A stretch of DNA of 62,961 bases, counting the filler, from Sluysia triapertura (Eukaryota), in assembly GCA_046118255.1 (NCBI GenBank). It is 5 parts of 5 records of this genome, joined end to end, with 100 filler letters (N's around TTAATTAATTAA, not from the genome) between each part and the next. Parts side by side here need not be neighbours in the genome. Positions count along the whole stretch, not along the records: positions 24,043 to 37,256 come from JBJNIA010052444.1; positions 37,357 to 51,916 come from JBJNIA010255188.1; 3 more parts are not named here. One strand, given 5' to 3'. This document shows positions 24,884-37,371 of the stretch, in pieces. The translations under genes and the position numbers were made by a program. Numbering within the stretch: position 1 is the stretch's first letter; the number at the start of each line of letters is the position of its first letter. The notes beneath the pieces were generated by a model. The model did no database searches. It was not told the origin of the DNA and saw only the letters and a program-made list of their open reading frames with translations.

Positions 24884-25833
24884 ATGAGTTTATCAGAAGA
24901 GAATGACACCATTGATAAATATGGATTTATAGGTGGAACACAATATTCAAATTTTGAATCAAAGTAAATTAATCTTATATTTGTATTAATGGATTTGTTT
25001 TGTTTTGTAGTAAATAGAGATAAATTAAATAATAATGAGCGTACAATTAAAAAAATATTTTAAGTTAATATTCACTTTTTTAATAGTGAACAAGTTGAAA
25101 AACTTCGGCGTCGGGAAAGCAAGTGGCTACGTATTTTAAACAACTGGGATTATTACATGACCAAAAAATATGAAAAGTTACGTCGTAACTGTCGTAAAGG
25201 TATACCTGAAGGACTAAGAGCTCGTGTTTGGCAACATTTATGCGGTAGTCGTCAAGAAATATTTAAATTTTCCGGTCGTTATCAAGAATTAATTAACCAA
25301 GCCGGTGATTCTAAAATAACCGACCAAATTAGTCGAGATGTTGGTCGTCAGTACCCAGAACATGAAATTTTTTCAAAATCCGCCGGTCAAAAAGCTTTGT
25401 TTAATGTTTTAAAAGCTTGGAGTATTCTTCAACCATCAACAGGTTACTGTCAAGCTCAAGCCCCAATAGCGGCCGCTTTATTAATCCATATGCCAGAAGA
25501 AGAAGCTTTTTGGACATTTTGTGCTCTCTGTCAACATTATTTACCTGGATACTTTGATACCGGACTCGTATTATTTTTTTATTCATAATATTAAATTTTT
25601 GTAGGATAGAGTTCAGTTAGACGCTAAAATATTGTATGGATTATTAAGAAGGCATTTACCTCAAGCTTATAAACATTTGGTTTATTATTTATTTAGCTTA
25701 ATTATTTAGATTTTATAGATTGCTTTAGAAGTAGATCCTGTTTATTTTATGGTTGATTGGTTTATGTGCATATTTACCAGAAACTTTCCCTGGGCTACTG
25801 TTGTAAGGATTTGGGATATGTTTTTTTGCGAAG
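24884..25833 (+). CDS. TBC1D10: TBC1D10-family (EPI64/whacked-like) Rab GTPase-activating protein, exons 1-4
   Basis: Exons 24884-24963, 25087-25567, 25605-25679 and 25719-25833 (introns 123, 37 and 39 nt) splice in frame. Product: IDKYGFIGG..RRRESKWL..CRKGIPEGLRARVWQHLCG..ISRDVGRQYP (Arg finger)..GYCQAQAPIAA (Gln finger)..QLDAKIL..WFMCIFTR..RIWDMFFCE. Downstream exons were not located. Confidence 0.95.
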
Positions 25834-27907
25834 GTTTGTCAGAAGCGTTTCAAAATCAAATTTTAAATTGATAAATATTATATATTAGGTGTTTTTATGT
25901 AATAAATTTCAATAATTTGCTTTCTGGTAAGTAAGTAGATTTCTCTTTCTGGGATAAAATACTAAAGTCAAATTCTAGTATAAATAACTGGTTTTAAAAT
26001 GGCTTTATCGAAGAATTTAAAAATCATAAGACAACTTAAAGACAATTTTTTAAAACAATACATTTGAAAAATTCAACGTTGAATTTCATTACTATTTTGT
26101 TCCATCTTTAATTCCTTTGAGATTTCACACGTCTCGAATAAACGAAAAATCGTGCATTTTATATTTAAATGTTTCATTAACAATTACCAATCAATGTGTG
26201 AGTGACTCTCATTTGTATGGGACGATCACTTTATTTGATTGTACGTAAACAATGATTTTATAAAAAATTTTCATTAAATTTCACTTAAAAATGGAATGTT
26301 TTGCCATGTTACAAACTTTTGATAACTAACTATTTTTACTCACTTGATTTTAATGTATAAAACTGGTTTATTTATATACTTTATGCTTATTTTCAAATTA
26401 TAAAAGAGTAGTCTGTTATATTGAGTAATTTTGGATTGTCTTTTGGTTGAGAAGAGCATAATTAACTCTTGCTTAAAAACCCGTAGTAATTAAATTAAAA
26501 TTTACTAAATATTTATTTAAAATAGATACTATATGTGTAATTATACTTAACATAATATCTGTAATATTTTAAAATATGATTTTAAATAATAAGATTTTTA
26601 GAACAATATTTAGAATTGTCCACTAAAAGATGTGAAATAATCCAAGGCAAGACGTAAAATTATTCATAATATTTAGAATTTGTCTATTAAGTAAAATTAA
26701 TAACAATATTTTGAATTGTCAGTTAATTATTTTATTTGTGCGATTATTTTACAAAATTTTTGTGTATACATCATTTTTCTTGTTATGGTCAATAACCCTT
26801 CAACTTTCATCACATAAGATCCTTACTTTAATCAGCTTACCTCAAATCAGTATTTTACTCTAAGCAATTTAGTTCTGTAATAATCCATTTACACTGAATC
26901 TTATACTACGACTGCATAGCCAGTTTTTTCTGTGTGCTAGTTACTTACACTGCATATTGTCGTTTTGGTAATATATTTTTACTTTGTATTATTTTTTGTA
27001 TTATGCACTTTGTTTATTTATATCATCCTAGCTAATTAATATTTATTTGAGTCTCTTAACATTCACTTGGTGAATTTTTATTATTAGACTTAGGAGACTT
27101 ATTGTTTGATCCGTAATACTTTCTGAATAATAATTAAGTGTGACGGATTCTTGCTTTTATGTTTCGCATTTGCCTATTAGTTTCTGGCCTCAGCTTTGTT
27201 ATTTGAAGATGTTTTTATTACTTTTTGGTAATTAATAAGATACATTTTGAGATCCTTTTTAAGTTGTAAAGTTAACGCGGATATAGTTATGTTTAGGTAA
27301 AATAAAGTAAATAAAACAAATTTTAAAGGGTTTTTATTTCAAGTTATTTTAAAAAATATTTATGTGATTACAAAGCCATTCATTTAGCTGAAATTGGAGA
27401 TATTAATAGAATGTTTATAATTTTAGCATTTTTATTAAACTTCAACAATGCAAATAAAATCCATACTGGAAGGGTCTTACTTTACCTCACGAAATGAAAT
27501 TTAAATGGGCTCACCTATAGTGTGCAGCTTATTACATTAAAGGTGGATGCTCCTATTAGATTTTAAACTGTTAATAACTTAACAAACTTCACAAATTACT
27601 ATTGGACTTCTTCGCTTCCTTATGTCTAAATTATGAGGGTTAAATAATTTTAATACTCCACAATAGGATTCAGAAAATCGATGCTAATACGTATTTTTAA
27701 CATTTCGTTTAGTAGGAGTTTTAACTTTCATCTATAATAATGAGGTTCACGGTACATGTAGTTTATGTAAAATTTTAAAGTTTATATGAATACTTATGTT
27801 CCTTTTCCTGTATGCAATTATCTTAATTGCTTCAGCGACTAATTTATATTATTCACAAACTAATGATTATTTTTCAAACAATTTAATTATATAAAAATGA
27901 CTCTAAA

Positions 27908-28750
27908 GTGGAGGGATCAGCAAATAATTTCACAAAAACCACTGACTTATACAATAGCAACAATAATTTAATTATTGAGAAATTTGATCCTATTAATGAT
28001 TTGTCAGATTTTAGTTTAATATTACAACAACTTCTAAAGTTGCTTAAAATTTTTTTTTTGAAATTTAATTATGATATTTTTGATGGCTCAATTTATAACT
28101 TTTACAACAATTACTCAAAAATTACTGAAAATATTAACAAATATTGATCATTTGAATCATCGCAAAGTTGTAAACAATGCTTTTTCGAAATCAAAAATTG
28201 TCAAAATTGATAATGAACAATTGTTACGATATTGTTTTATGGATGATTGTTATCTTATTGCCTCTTTACCAAAACTAAATTGTCCAAGAGGTTATTTAAT
28301 ACAATTTCAACGTGGTTTTTATGCTGTTAGCATATGTTCAAATTCGAATAGTTTGTTTTTAAAGATATTACCTAAATTAACTGTTTATGGAGACCATAAA
28401 ACGTTTTTACTTTTACTATTAAGTCATACTTTGCAACAACTTAGATTAAATCATCATTAAGCTTATTTAAATTTTACAAAAAGTTTGGGTTGTGTTTTAT
28501 TTTCTTTTAATAATCTGTTTACTATAGATCATAGTAGTTTAGAGGATAAAGAGTTAGATGTTTACATTCAACTACATTGAAAGCTACATTGAACTTTTAC
28601 AATCAATATGTATAAACGACGAATTCATGCGAGATTGTATGATTCATTCTACCATTATCGACTGTTGAAGTTAGAATGGAATTAGGCTTTGATTCATCTT
28701 GGATTGTTGAAATAGAAAACAAAAAACGTGCCTTTAAAGCAATTCTGATA
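27908..28750 (+). pseudogene. decayed unprocessed gene of unknown family
   Basis: Two frameshifted ORFs (27908-28147 and 28071-28460), then a GT..TATAG mini-intron near 28484-28527, then further interrupted coding-like sequence. Confidence 0.35.
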
Positions 28751-28778
28751 ATTGAAAATTATACATTATGTTTATTTC

Positions 28779-29312
28779 ACTATTATTTGTTTCCTGAGTT
28801 GCGACCTTGATATTTAAATATATTCCAATTTTTATGTATTTGGTTCTTTTATTTGAAATATCCATTCAACATTTAAAAACGAATTAAACATTTGATTAAA
28901 ATTTAACTTGCAAATTAATTTAATAAAACATAACATAACAATTTGATGATTGTAGATCACGTATGTTGTGATAGTGCCGAACTTTTATTTGTCTCGTTAA
29001 ATTGACGTTTAATACAGTGTCACTATATACACATTCAGATTTGAGCACACTAATAAGGACTTACACCAGAAAAATACAATAATACGAGAATCTGGAGAAC
29101 TGCCGCAAATAATCATAAAGTTAAGGTTAATTTTATCGGTGTTAGCATAGGTATATTTATTTAGTACTTTCTAACAATTTGTCAATAAATTTTAATCAAA
29201 TGTTTAATTCGTTTTTAAATATTGAATGGAAATTTAAAATAAAAGAACCAAATACATAAAAATTTGAATAAGTTTAAATATCACAGTCGCAACTCACGAA
29301 ACAAATAATAGT
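28779..29312. mobile_element. MITE/foldback element with ~125-bp terminal inverted repeats
   Basis: 28779-28905 (ACTATTATTTGTTTC..GAGTTGCGAC..TTTATGTATTTGGTTCTTTTATTT..TAAACATTTGATTAAAATTTA) is the near reverse complement of 29186-29312. The centre is non-coding. Confidence 0.85.
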
Positions 29313-31429
29313 AAGCTAAAGTTAAGAAATAAAAAGTTGACATGGAAATTTAATCAAACTTTCTTAAAAAAGAAAAATTTCTTCAAATTTTAGCAAGTCA
29401 AATCACATCACATCTTTAGGAGCAAACTTCTTAATTCCTTGCAGCATCCCTCAAATGAAGTAAACCTGTTATGATATGTATTTCCTGTTATGAGACATTT
29501 TTCAAAAGTTGTACCGATAATATCTTCAGTATAAGTAATCTCAAATATGCAACAGGAATAGTAATTTCATTTGGAATCATCAATGCTTCATTTTCAGTAA
29601 TTGTATCTAAGATTCAAATCAATCGATCTAATCAGTTCAATCACTCGCTCTTACATACTGTAATTAAACCTGTGCTTCAATTGGTACGATTTGTTTTTAG
29701 CGATCTTAAAATTGATAATGGGTCTGTTATATCCTAGTCAAACTGAAAAAGATAGTTTACTTAGAGATGAAATCGAAAATTTAGAAAATGTATTTAAAAT
29801 CGATTAACTAAAAAAGTTAAGTCAAAGCAAGAAAATCGTAATGAATATCAAAAATCGGAAGATAAATTATAAATCAGAAATACAAAATGTGAAAAATAAA
29901 TTGAAATTAGTGGAAAATCAAAACAGTATCAAAGTTAATCAATATCGAACTGAAATAGAAAAGTTAATTCATCAATATCAAGCGTCAATATTAATTTTCA
30001 TAATCTACAAGAAAATTATGAAGAATCCGAAAATAGTAACAATAATTTAGAAGACCAAATAAAATACGTCCAAGACGAAAATGAATGAAAATTTAACTTC
30101 TAAAGAATTTAATATGAAATATTATTATGGATAGATTTTAGAAAAACAAAAATACAGCATGAAGAAAATATTAAATAGACACTTAATGATTTTTCAAAAG
30201 CTCAACATTTACATAAATAAAAAATTAAAGAATTAAATAAGATTGTTTATAATTGTACATTATTAATATTGTTATTATCATTATTATTAGTGCCAGTCAC
30301 TAAATGATTAATCTTAAAATGAATATTATTTCAATTTAAAGAATGTCTGTATCTGTAAGAATTAATTATGAGATGTACAAACAAATAAAATGAATGCTCT
30401 TGATCGAATGTCTGATTGATAAAGATTGAATAAAATGAATGTCAAAAACTTAATAAACGTTTGAAAATAATGTTAATGATAATGAATGTTATTTTAAAAA
30501 TGTTTGAATTTTTAAAAATAATTAGTTATGATGAGTTATTTAATGCATTAGAATTTAAGCATAAATAATACATTAATTATTATAGAATTGGAAATTGAAG
30601 TTCAGTAAACATTATTATAAATATAAAATTATCTATATTATTGATTTTATTAGTGACAATTCTTTATATTTAAAATTATCAAAGCATTTGTACTTAATCA
30701 TATAATATTATTGTTAATACTTAATTTTTACACTGTAAATAAAAGTCGACTAGAATTTGTACTTATCTATCTGCAATATTGTAAGTGTGTTTAGATTCAA
30801 CATAATATGCGTTACTATTATAAACCATTTAATGTATAAATGAACAAATTTTATTAATTTAATAAATATATGCTGAATATTAAAAAATGTTTGCAATAAA
30901 TATTGTATGTAGAATAATTAATAAATTTTGTAAATTATAATATTGATTGATAAATTGGTATGAATCATAAAATTTTTATATCGTTTCTATTAAATTCAGA
31001 AAAATAAATTTTTGTATTAATAAACTCATAAGTAATAAACTAATGCTAAAAAGTAGTGTAAAAAGAATTTTATGTGCAAAAATATCAGAACAATTATTAG
31101 ACATTCAGCAGAGGATTTTAACAATTTTTGTCTGCATTGATCCAACAATTACTTGAAAATCTGATTGGACAAATTCGATATTATTTCACCTTGATTTAAC
31201 GGTTTCAATATTGTCTAATAGTTCTAATATTATCTGACAGTTTAGACTCAATTCTGATTCACTCAATGGGCGATAGTGGTCAATTATATTATGCAATTCT
31301 GAACTTAAAATTTTGAATTTAGTTACTCCTAAGAGCTTATTAAAACAAAACTAAAATTCTCTTGTATAAATATTTAAAATTTGTTATAAAATTTGAATTA
31401 TTATTTTATTCGTAATTATGAATAAGTAT

Positions 31430-31620
31430 TTAGTTGAATAAATTTTCGTAAATTAAATGGGTTTGGAAAGCGATATTTCCTTTTAAAAGTTTATAATAAT
31501 AGTTTATAGAATTATAGTTAGCACTTCCGTCTCTAAGAACAAAGACGAGGAATGAGCTCAGTCTTTAAGTTAAAATTATAAAAAGGATATTAAATGAAAT
31601 AACCACGTAACGCATGATTT
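31430..31620. repeat. dispersed repeat, inverted homolog at about 37060-37250
   Basis: GAACAAAGACGAGGAATGAGCTCAGTCTTTAAGTTAAAATTATAAAAAGGATATTAAATGAA aligns with the reverse complement of 37085-37150. Confidence 0.65.
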
Positions 31621-32271
31621 TTCGAGAAAAAATGATTAATTTTTTAGCTTAGACTTATAACAACGAGAGACAAAAATAAAAAGAAAAGAGTTGCGAAGCT
31701 AAAAAATAAAAAATTTAATATTATTTGTTACGTTTTATTGATATTGTATAACGCATTTTAAATATGTTCGTTTTAAGTAAAAATAAACAAAAGAGTAGTA
31801 AAAATAAACAAAAGAGTAGTAAAAATATATATAAAAACAAAATTAAAAAAATTTTTATGTGGTAAATAATAAAAAAAGGTGCTGCAACATTACATAAACC
31901 ACCATAGTAGCGTGACTGCTTCCTTGCTTTTTTATCTTATCTATTTGGTGGCAATAAACAACACAAAACATAAAATAAATAATGTTGATACAAAACAAAA
32001 ATAAAGTTGACTTTCATGCATGTGATAATTAAATTATCAAAACTAATGTTTAGAAATAAAGAAACATGATTCATACACTATCTATTATTTTAAAAATAAG
32101 AATATAATGTAAATAAATATAATGTAATAAATATAAAGAAGAGTAAAGAGATTTGGAAGTTGAATATATATAATTAATTGTTTTCCCGTTTTAAAATTGA
32201 ATTTTAAATTAAAATTTATAAAGATTTCATTAACACTATTGTTACTATTTAATTTAAATAATTTACAAAAT

Positions 32272-32844
32272 TTATTTACAAATAAAAAGAATAGGATAAG
32301 AAAACACAATTTTATTATGATTACATATGAATACAACGTTTACTATAACTATTATGAGATGTTTGATAAATTTAAAGGTCAGGTTGGCTTCTGAACAAAC
32401 CATCAGTCTAATAATTTGAAGGTTTTTTAAATAAAAATAATTAAATTCAGATGATTGCATACGATAAAAATTAAAATTTACTTTTGATATTAAATTATTT
32501 CTAAGAGGATATGGTACCACATGGTTTTTCGTTCGAACTTGAATCTTGCGGATTGTTGAGTTTTCGTTTGGTTCTTTAATTCTTAAAGTTTCAATGAGAA
32601 TATTGATTCGTTTCCGATTGTCGCTGTGATCAATTTCTGTGATATCATGATAGTATTTGCATCTTTTACCAAATTTCAGACATATTCCAAATTCATTCGT
32701 TTGGGAAGTACACTGTGCCAAACGTTTGTGTATAACAAGAGTTGTATTTGAACTAGTAAATGTTGATCTAATCATATCTTTTCTTTGATTGTTTAAATCG
32801 ATCATTGTATTAAATTTATTTCTTTGTTTGATTTTATTCAGCAT
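32272..32844 (-). CDS. CCCH zinc-finger protein fragment (ZC3H3-like finger), possibly a pseudogene
   Basis: CTSQTNEFGICLKFGKRCKYYHD fits a C..C..C-x3-H finger. The last ~60 codons look like AT-rich intron read-through. Confidence 0.45.
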   Translation of the reverse strand: MLNKIKQRNKFNTMIDLNNQRKDMIRSTFTSSNTTLVIHKRLAQCTSQTNEFGICLKFGKRCKYYHDITEIDHSDNRKRINILIETLRIKEPNENSTIRKIQVRTKNHVVPYPLRNNLISKVNFNFYRMQSSEFNYFYLKNLQIIRLMVCSEANLTFKFIKHLIIVIVNVVFICNHNKIVFSYPILFICK

Positions 32845-32972
32845 ACCTTGTTGCGGTTGGAAAGTTAGAAATCCAATCTCTTTATATTTTTAAGTGCCAA
32901 AAATTTTTATAATTGTGCCGTTATTAGTAATCTACTAATGTACTAACGATTAGTGAGTAGCAGTGTGGCTTG

Positions 32973-33133
32973 TGATTGGACGTCCAGTAAAATGAGAAAT
33001 AAAAATATACAATTGATTGGACGCACCAAGAAACTGTACAAACAATAAAATAAGTTTAATGAAACTGTCAGCAGATGACCGTTGTAAATGATTTTAACTA
33101 ATTTTATTTTTCATATTAGTCGTCCAATCAGTG
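32973..33133. promoter_or_regulatory. putative bidirectional promoter with three CCAAT boxes
   Basis: TGATTGGACG twice and CGTCCAATCA once, between the divergent ORFs 32844(-) and 33242(+). Confidence 0.4.
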
Positions 33134-33700
33134 TTACACTGATAATCAATTTCGACGCCTTCTGCTTCTCAAAATTTTTAAAAGTAATTTTCATAATTAA
33201 AAATATTAAAATAACCAGCAGAGAAATTAAGTTTCAAAAAATTGCTAAAGCGTGAAAAGATTATAAAAAGAAGTAAATTGACGCCTAACCAAATGAATAA
33301 AAATTTACAGTTCAATTTTAAGTTTGATTCTGAAATTGAATTAATCACATCATTTCGTCAATCAGTAAATGAAACTAAAAAGCTATTTGGAGCACAATAT
33401 GATTATAATTGCCAAATATCTCATATCTTAATGAGGCTTTCTTTAGTATCAACTGAGAACAGCAACGAATTAATTAGTTTACTAGTTAGTGATGTATATG
33501 AAAGATTTAAATGTGTCAATTTTGAGCGCATAGGACGATGTTATTCGATTCTCATACTCAATTCAAGATACAGTTCCAGTTTTAGAATGGATAAAAGAAT
33601 TGTTTCAAATTTATAGTTGTAAATCATTGGATCCAATGTAAACGTATAGTAATCATTTATTATTTTTCAAAGACTAATAACGGACGTTTTAACTAGATAT
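33100..33700 (+). pseudogene. duplicated unknown gene 5' segment, copy A
   Basis: Clearly homologous to 39720-40315, including the upstream region: KRSKLTPNQMNKNL.FNFKFDSEIELIT..RQSVNETKKLFGAQYD. It is frameshifted and truncated. Confidence 0.6.
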
Positions 33701-35475
33701 ATTTCAAGATATTTCGCTGATGAAAATTTGTTTACATTTTGTTCAACTTTCACAAATTGTAGTCGAGCTATTTGAATAATTTCTTGGATTTTATTGTAAT
33801 TTTTGTGAGTTTTCGATTTCATAACGAAACCTTAAAATCTAGGTAAATTATTAAATTCTTTTCTAAGTTATGATTTAAAATTGCTTTTAAATTCGATTTA
33901 AAATTACAATAAGTTGGTTTTAATTATAAATTATTCTTAATTAATTTTGTAGCTAACTTGTTTTTTAATTTTTATTGAACTTATTTTTGTTGCTAATCAC
34001 CTATATTATTCGCTGTAAACACATCATTTTGTTAAAATATAAATTTCGAGTGTTTTGTTTAAAAATGTGATTATAACTTACCCCAAGAAATTTAGAAGGT
34101 TTGCCTGCAGTGAGGGGCTTACGACCGTAACTGTAGGTATCCTTATAGATTTTAAACTAATATAAACATTAATTGTTACTTTAGGGTTTTGTCGTCACAT
34201 TAAGGTAATATGTCTGACTGTATGTAATTTTTTGTGCTGCGAATCGGACCCGTTATACTGTAATTTCCAAAAGACTTAATAATTTACTTTTCTTTCTTAT
34301 GTGTGTTTTGTTAATTTGGATTTAGGACCACGTTAAAACGTCAACAAATAAAACAACAAATATCAATCAATTATAACAAAATAACTTGTAATTACAAAAT
34401 TTATGGAGTGATAAAAAATCACTTAGAAAGTGGAAATATTTAAACTGAACCCTTTAATTTTCTGATGTATCAAGTATCATTAATACTACAATTGTATATT
34501 CGATAAATTTAATTTTATTTTAAATTTGTATAAAAATGAAATTTAAATATAATTTAAACTTCCTTAAGGAAATGAAATCTTACTTTAATTAAACTAACGT
34601 AACTTCTTTTTTAATCAAAATCTGAATTTTTCTATGTTCTTTAGGTCGAACATTTCGAACTTGTTTCGAATAATAATAATTTCGAATACACCAAAAATAA
34701 CACCTATGAATTTCGTAATATTCATCAAATAATATTGATAAATAAAATTGTTGAAATAATATTAATATTGTAAATTAATGTAAAAAATAACTTTGTATCT
34801 TTATAAATTTATGCTTAATGCTGACTAACTCAGCATTTATAAAATAAATAAAGTTACCCAACGATTTGATATCAAAAGAAGTCATACCATATTTATTCTA
34901 CTCAAATTTTAACCAATAATTGTGTTGGCCAACCTTGCATTCAAAATTGTAAATATTTCAAAAAGCATTAAAACATGTAAACATAACCAACATTTTAAGT
35001 TCACAATTTGATAACATGTAAAATCTTTAACATCAAAAATCATTAAAATTGTCTTTCAAAGTTATCTCACAACAATAATCAAAATGGAATTTCTTATAAT
35101 ATCTCTAACTTCATTAAATTCTTTTTATATTTCTTTTATTCTATCCTATCACAATACGTATTTTTCTCGCAACAGACAATTTTCAGCAGATCCTAATAAG
35201 CTTTGTATTTTCCTTTACAGAATGTTTATGCATTCTATTATATAATGTTAACGTTAACGTGCTAATAATAAAGAAGTAATTATAATATGTTTTATGTTTT
35301 TTAAAAGAATTTTAGTTTTTTTGTGTTATTAAAGAAAAGAATATGTACAATAAAAGATTTTTATGCGTTTTATTTATTGTTATAATTTATTTTACTTTAT
35401 TATCAGTTTCATTACTTATTATTATTAATTTTATTTTTATTATTTTCATTATTATAAACTAGAATTTTATTATCA

Positions 35476-35479
<4 letters not shown>

Positions 35480-35525
<46 letters not shown>
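35480..35525. repeat. (TTA)n microsatellite
   Basis: A perfect trinucleotide run. Confidence 0.9.
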
Positions 35526-36284
35526 CAATGTTATTTTTAATTAATTCATCATTATTACCATTATTATATAATCTATCATTAGTTGATAGTTTTAATTAAA
35601 TAAAGTACAAGTCATCTTGGTAACTCTCAACTAATCACAGTTGCTTAATGTAGTAATTCAGTTTGATACAACACCATCTTTGTGATACCTATTTGTCAGC
35701 CAATGGGATTGTACTTTTAGTTTAATCTCAATGATTGGATTACTCAAACAATTACTAATAGTGACGTAACGTTAAAACAGTACACAGAAAAATTCTCAAT
35801 AATTTTTGTAAATTATCTTCAATTAAAAACATTTCTCATTGGTTTACTACTTATAATTGTGATAAATCGATCATATAAACATAACATTATTTATTTTATT
35901 AGACAATCACAATAAATAATTTTAAAAACAAAACTTGTTAATAATTCATTTGGTGTTGATATACAAATTCGTAAAATACTAATAAATTACGTATTTAAAA
36001 TTGTGGTATTGAATTAATTATAATTTTTAATTTTAAATTATGTCTATCTTTATAAACTAATTTTATCGTATTATTTTTAATGTTATAAAACGTTGAAAGC
36101 TTATAAAATCTTTAATACTTTTAATTAAATTTAAATCTATATTCTAATCAATTGAAACACAAAGAAATTTGACATTTTATTTGTATTAACAAAAATTTAA
36201 ATATTTAAATTTAAGTTTTGTTCGTGATTAATGATTTCTTGAGCATGTATCGGTGACAGCCTTTCTAAATTCCTAAAGAAAATA

Positions 36285-36420
36285 CAAGGATGTGATTGAG
36301 TAGCAATAAAAATAATATAAGCGAAATAAAAAATCATAATTACTTTAAAGTCATATTTGTTGGCAATGTAAGCTGGAACTACCGTCAAGGGTAATATTAA
36401 ATGAGTCTTTACTATACCAT
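36285..36420 (-). pseudogene. UNC-93-like MFS membrane protein fragment
   Basis: VVPAYIANKYDFKVIMIFYFAYIIFIATQSHP resembles the UNC-93 segment FLP..I.KLG.K..L.....Y..YIAAQFYP. This is recalled similarity only. Confidence 0.4.
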
Positions 36421-36489
36421 AACATTTGAGAAGACTTGTTTTCTTAATGAAATTAACAAACAAAAAAGATCATTTCAATTGTGGAGTTC

Positions 36490-36679
36490 AAAAACTGGTC
36501 CTAAAAGAATGCACATAGCAAATATTCCATTCAGGTATGGAGAAAATGACTTAAAACAATTGCTGAAAGATTATGGTGAAATTCTTGATGTGGAAATTAT
36601 TTTTAATGAAAAATGATCAAAGGGATTTTGTTTTGTTACGTTCGCAGACGCATTTGATTCATATAAGGGAAAAAAATGA
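36490..36679 (+). pseudogene. RBFOX: RBFOX/Fox-1 RRM fragment with in-frame TGA
   Basis: [42 protein letters not shown], compared with the Fox-1 consensus [37 protein letters not shown] at 36614-36616 replaces Gly, and RNP1 has Gly>Cys. Confidence 0.88.
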
Positions 36680-37256
36680 TTTATTTAAAATTTTCATTTT
36701 TTATTGCAGATAGAAAATTTCACTGTGAGTAATTCAATAAATTTTTATAAACATTATTGTAGGCTTGCAAACCTAGAATCTGCAATAGTTATATGCTATG
36801 TTTTATTCAATCTCACGTCTTAATTCCTAGTCGGTTTTAGCTTTTAACTCGAAACTTTTCAAATTCTCTTCCTCACTAAAATTTTAAATTCGTGCTTTAA
36901 GTAACAACTGATACCTTTGTTAGTAATACTTTATTATAAATGTTAATTTTATATTTATAAATCACTTCAAAATTTATTTTATTTACTAACCGAGCTTTAA
37001 AATCTTAATTTTTAATCTAATGATTCTTGATCTAACTTAAATTGTTTCTGTAATTTTAACGCAAATGACTACTTCTCGTTTGTAATTCACTTAATATCAT
37101 TTTTATAAATTTAATTTAAAGAGTGAGTTCGTTATTCGTCTCTGTTCGTAAAGATGAAAATCCTTAACTAAATAATATGAATTATGACCTTAAATTTTTA
37201 AACCTTATCTTTCAATCCCGTTATAAATTCAAGAAAATGAACGTTTACCTAAATTG

Positions 37257-37356
37257 NNNNNNNNNNNNNNNNNNNNNNNNNNNNNNNNNNNNNNNNNNNN
37301 TTAATTAATTAANNNNNNNNNNNNNNNNNNNNNNNNNNNNNNNNNNNNNNNNNNNN
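37257..37356. other. artificial contig linker
   Basis: N44-TTAATTAATTAA-N44. Confidence 0.98.
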
Positions 37357-37371
37357 ATCGTCTGAAAATCG

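Noticed and set aside
25011-25040. Micro-exon in TBC1D10 intron 1 (TGTAG acceptor, GTAC donor)
   Set aside because: In the required phase it contains several stops. Direct splicing from 24963 to 25087 keeps the frame.
25401-25586. Minus-strand 61-aa ORF, and other short AT-rich ORFs such as 17472, 32085, 41912, 46196, 51392 and 60017
   Set aside because: They are antisense to a real exon or are low-complexity I/L/F/N/K-rich chance ORFs without motifs or splice support.
20806-36616. TGA stop-codon reassignment or selenocysteine, suggested by in-frame TGAs in YKT6 (20806) and RBFOX (36614) and in interrupted frames near 410 and 31190
   Set aside because: The TGAs align to different residues (hydrophobic in YKT6, Gly in RBFOX). 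Other relics are broken by TAA, TAG and frameshifts. The intact QDPR and TBC1D10 exons use TGG for Trp and contain no in-frame TGA. Pseudogenisation is the simpler explanation.
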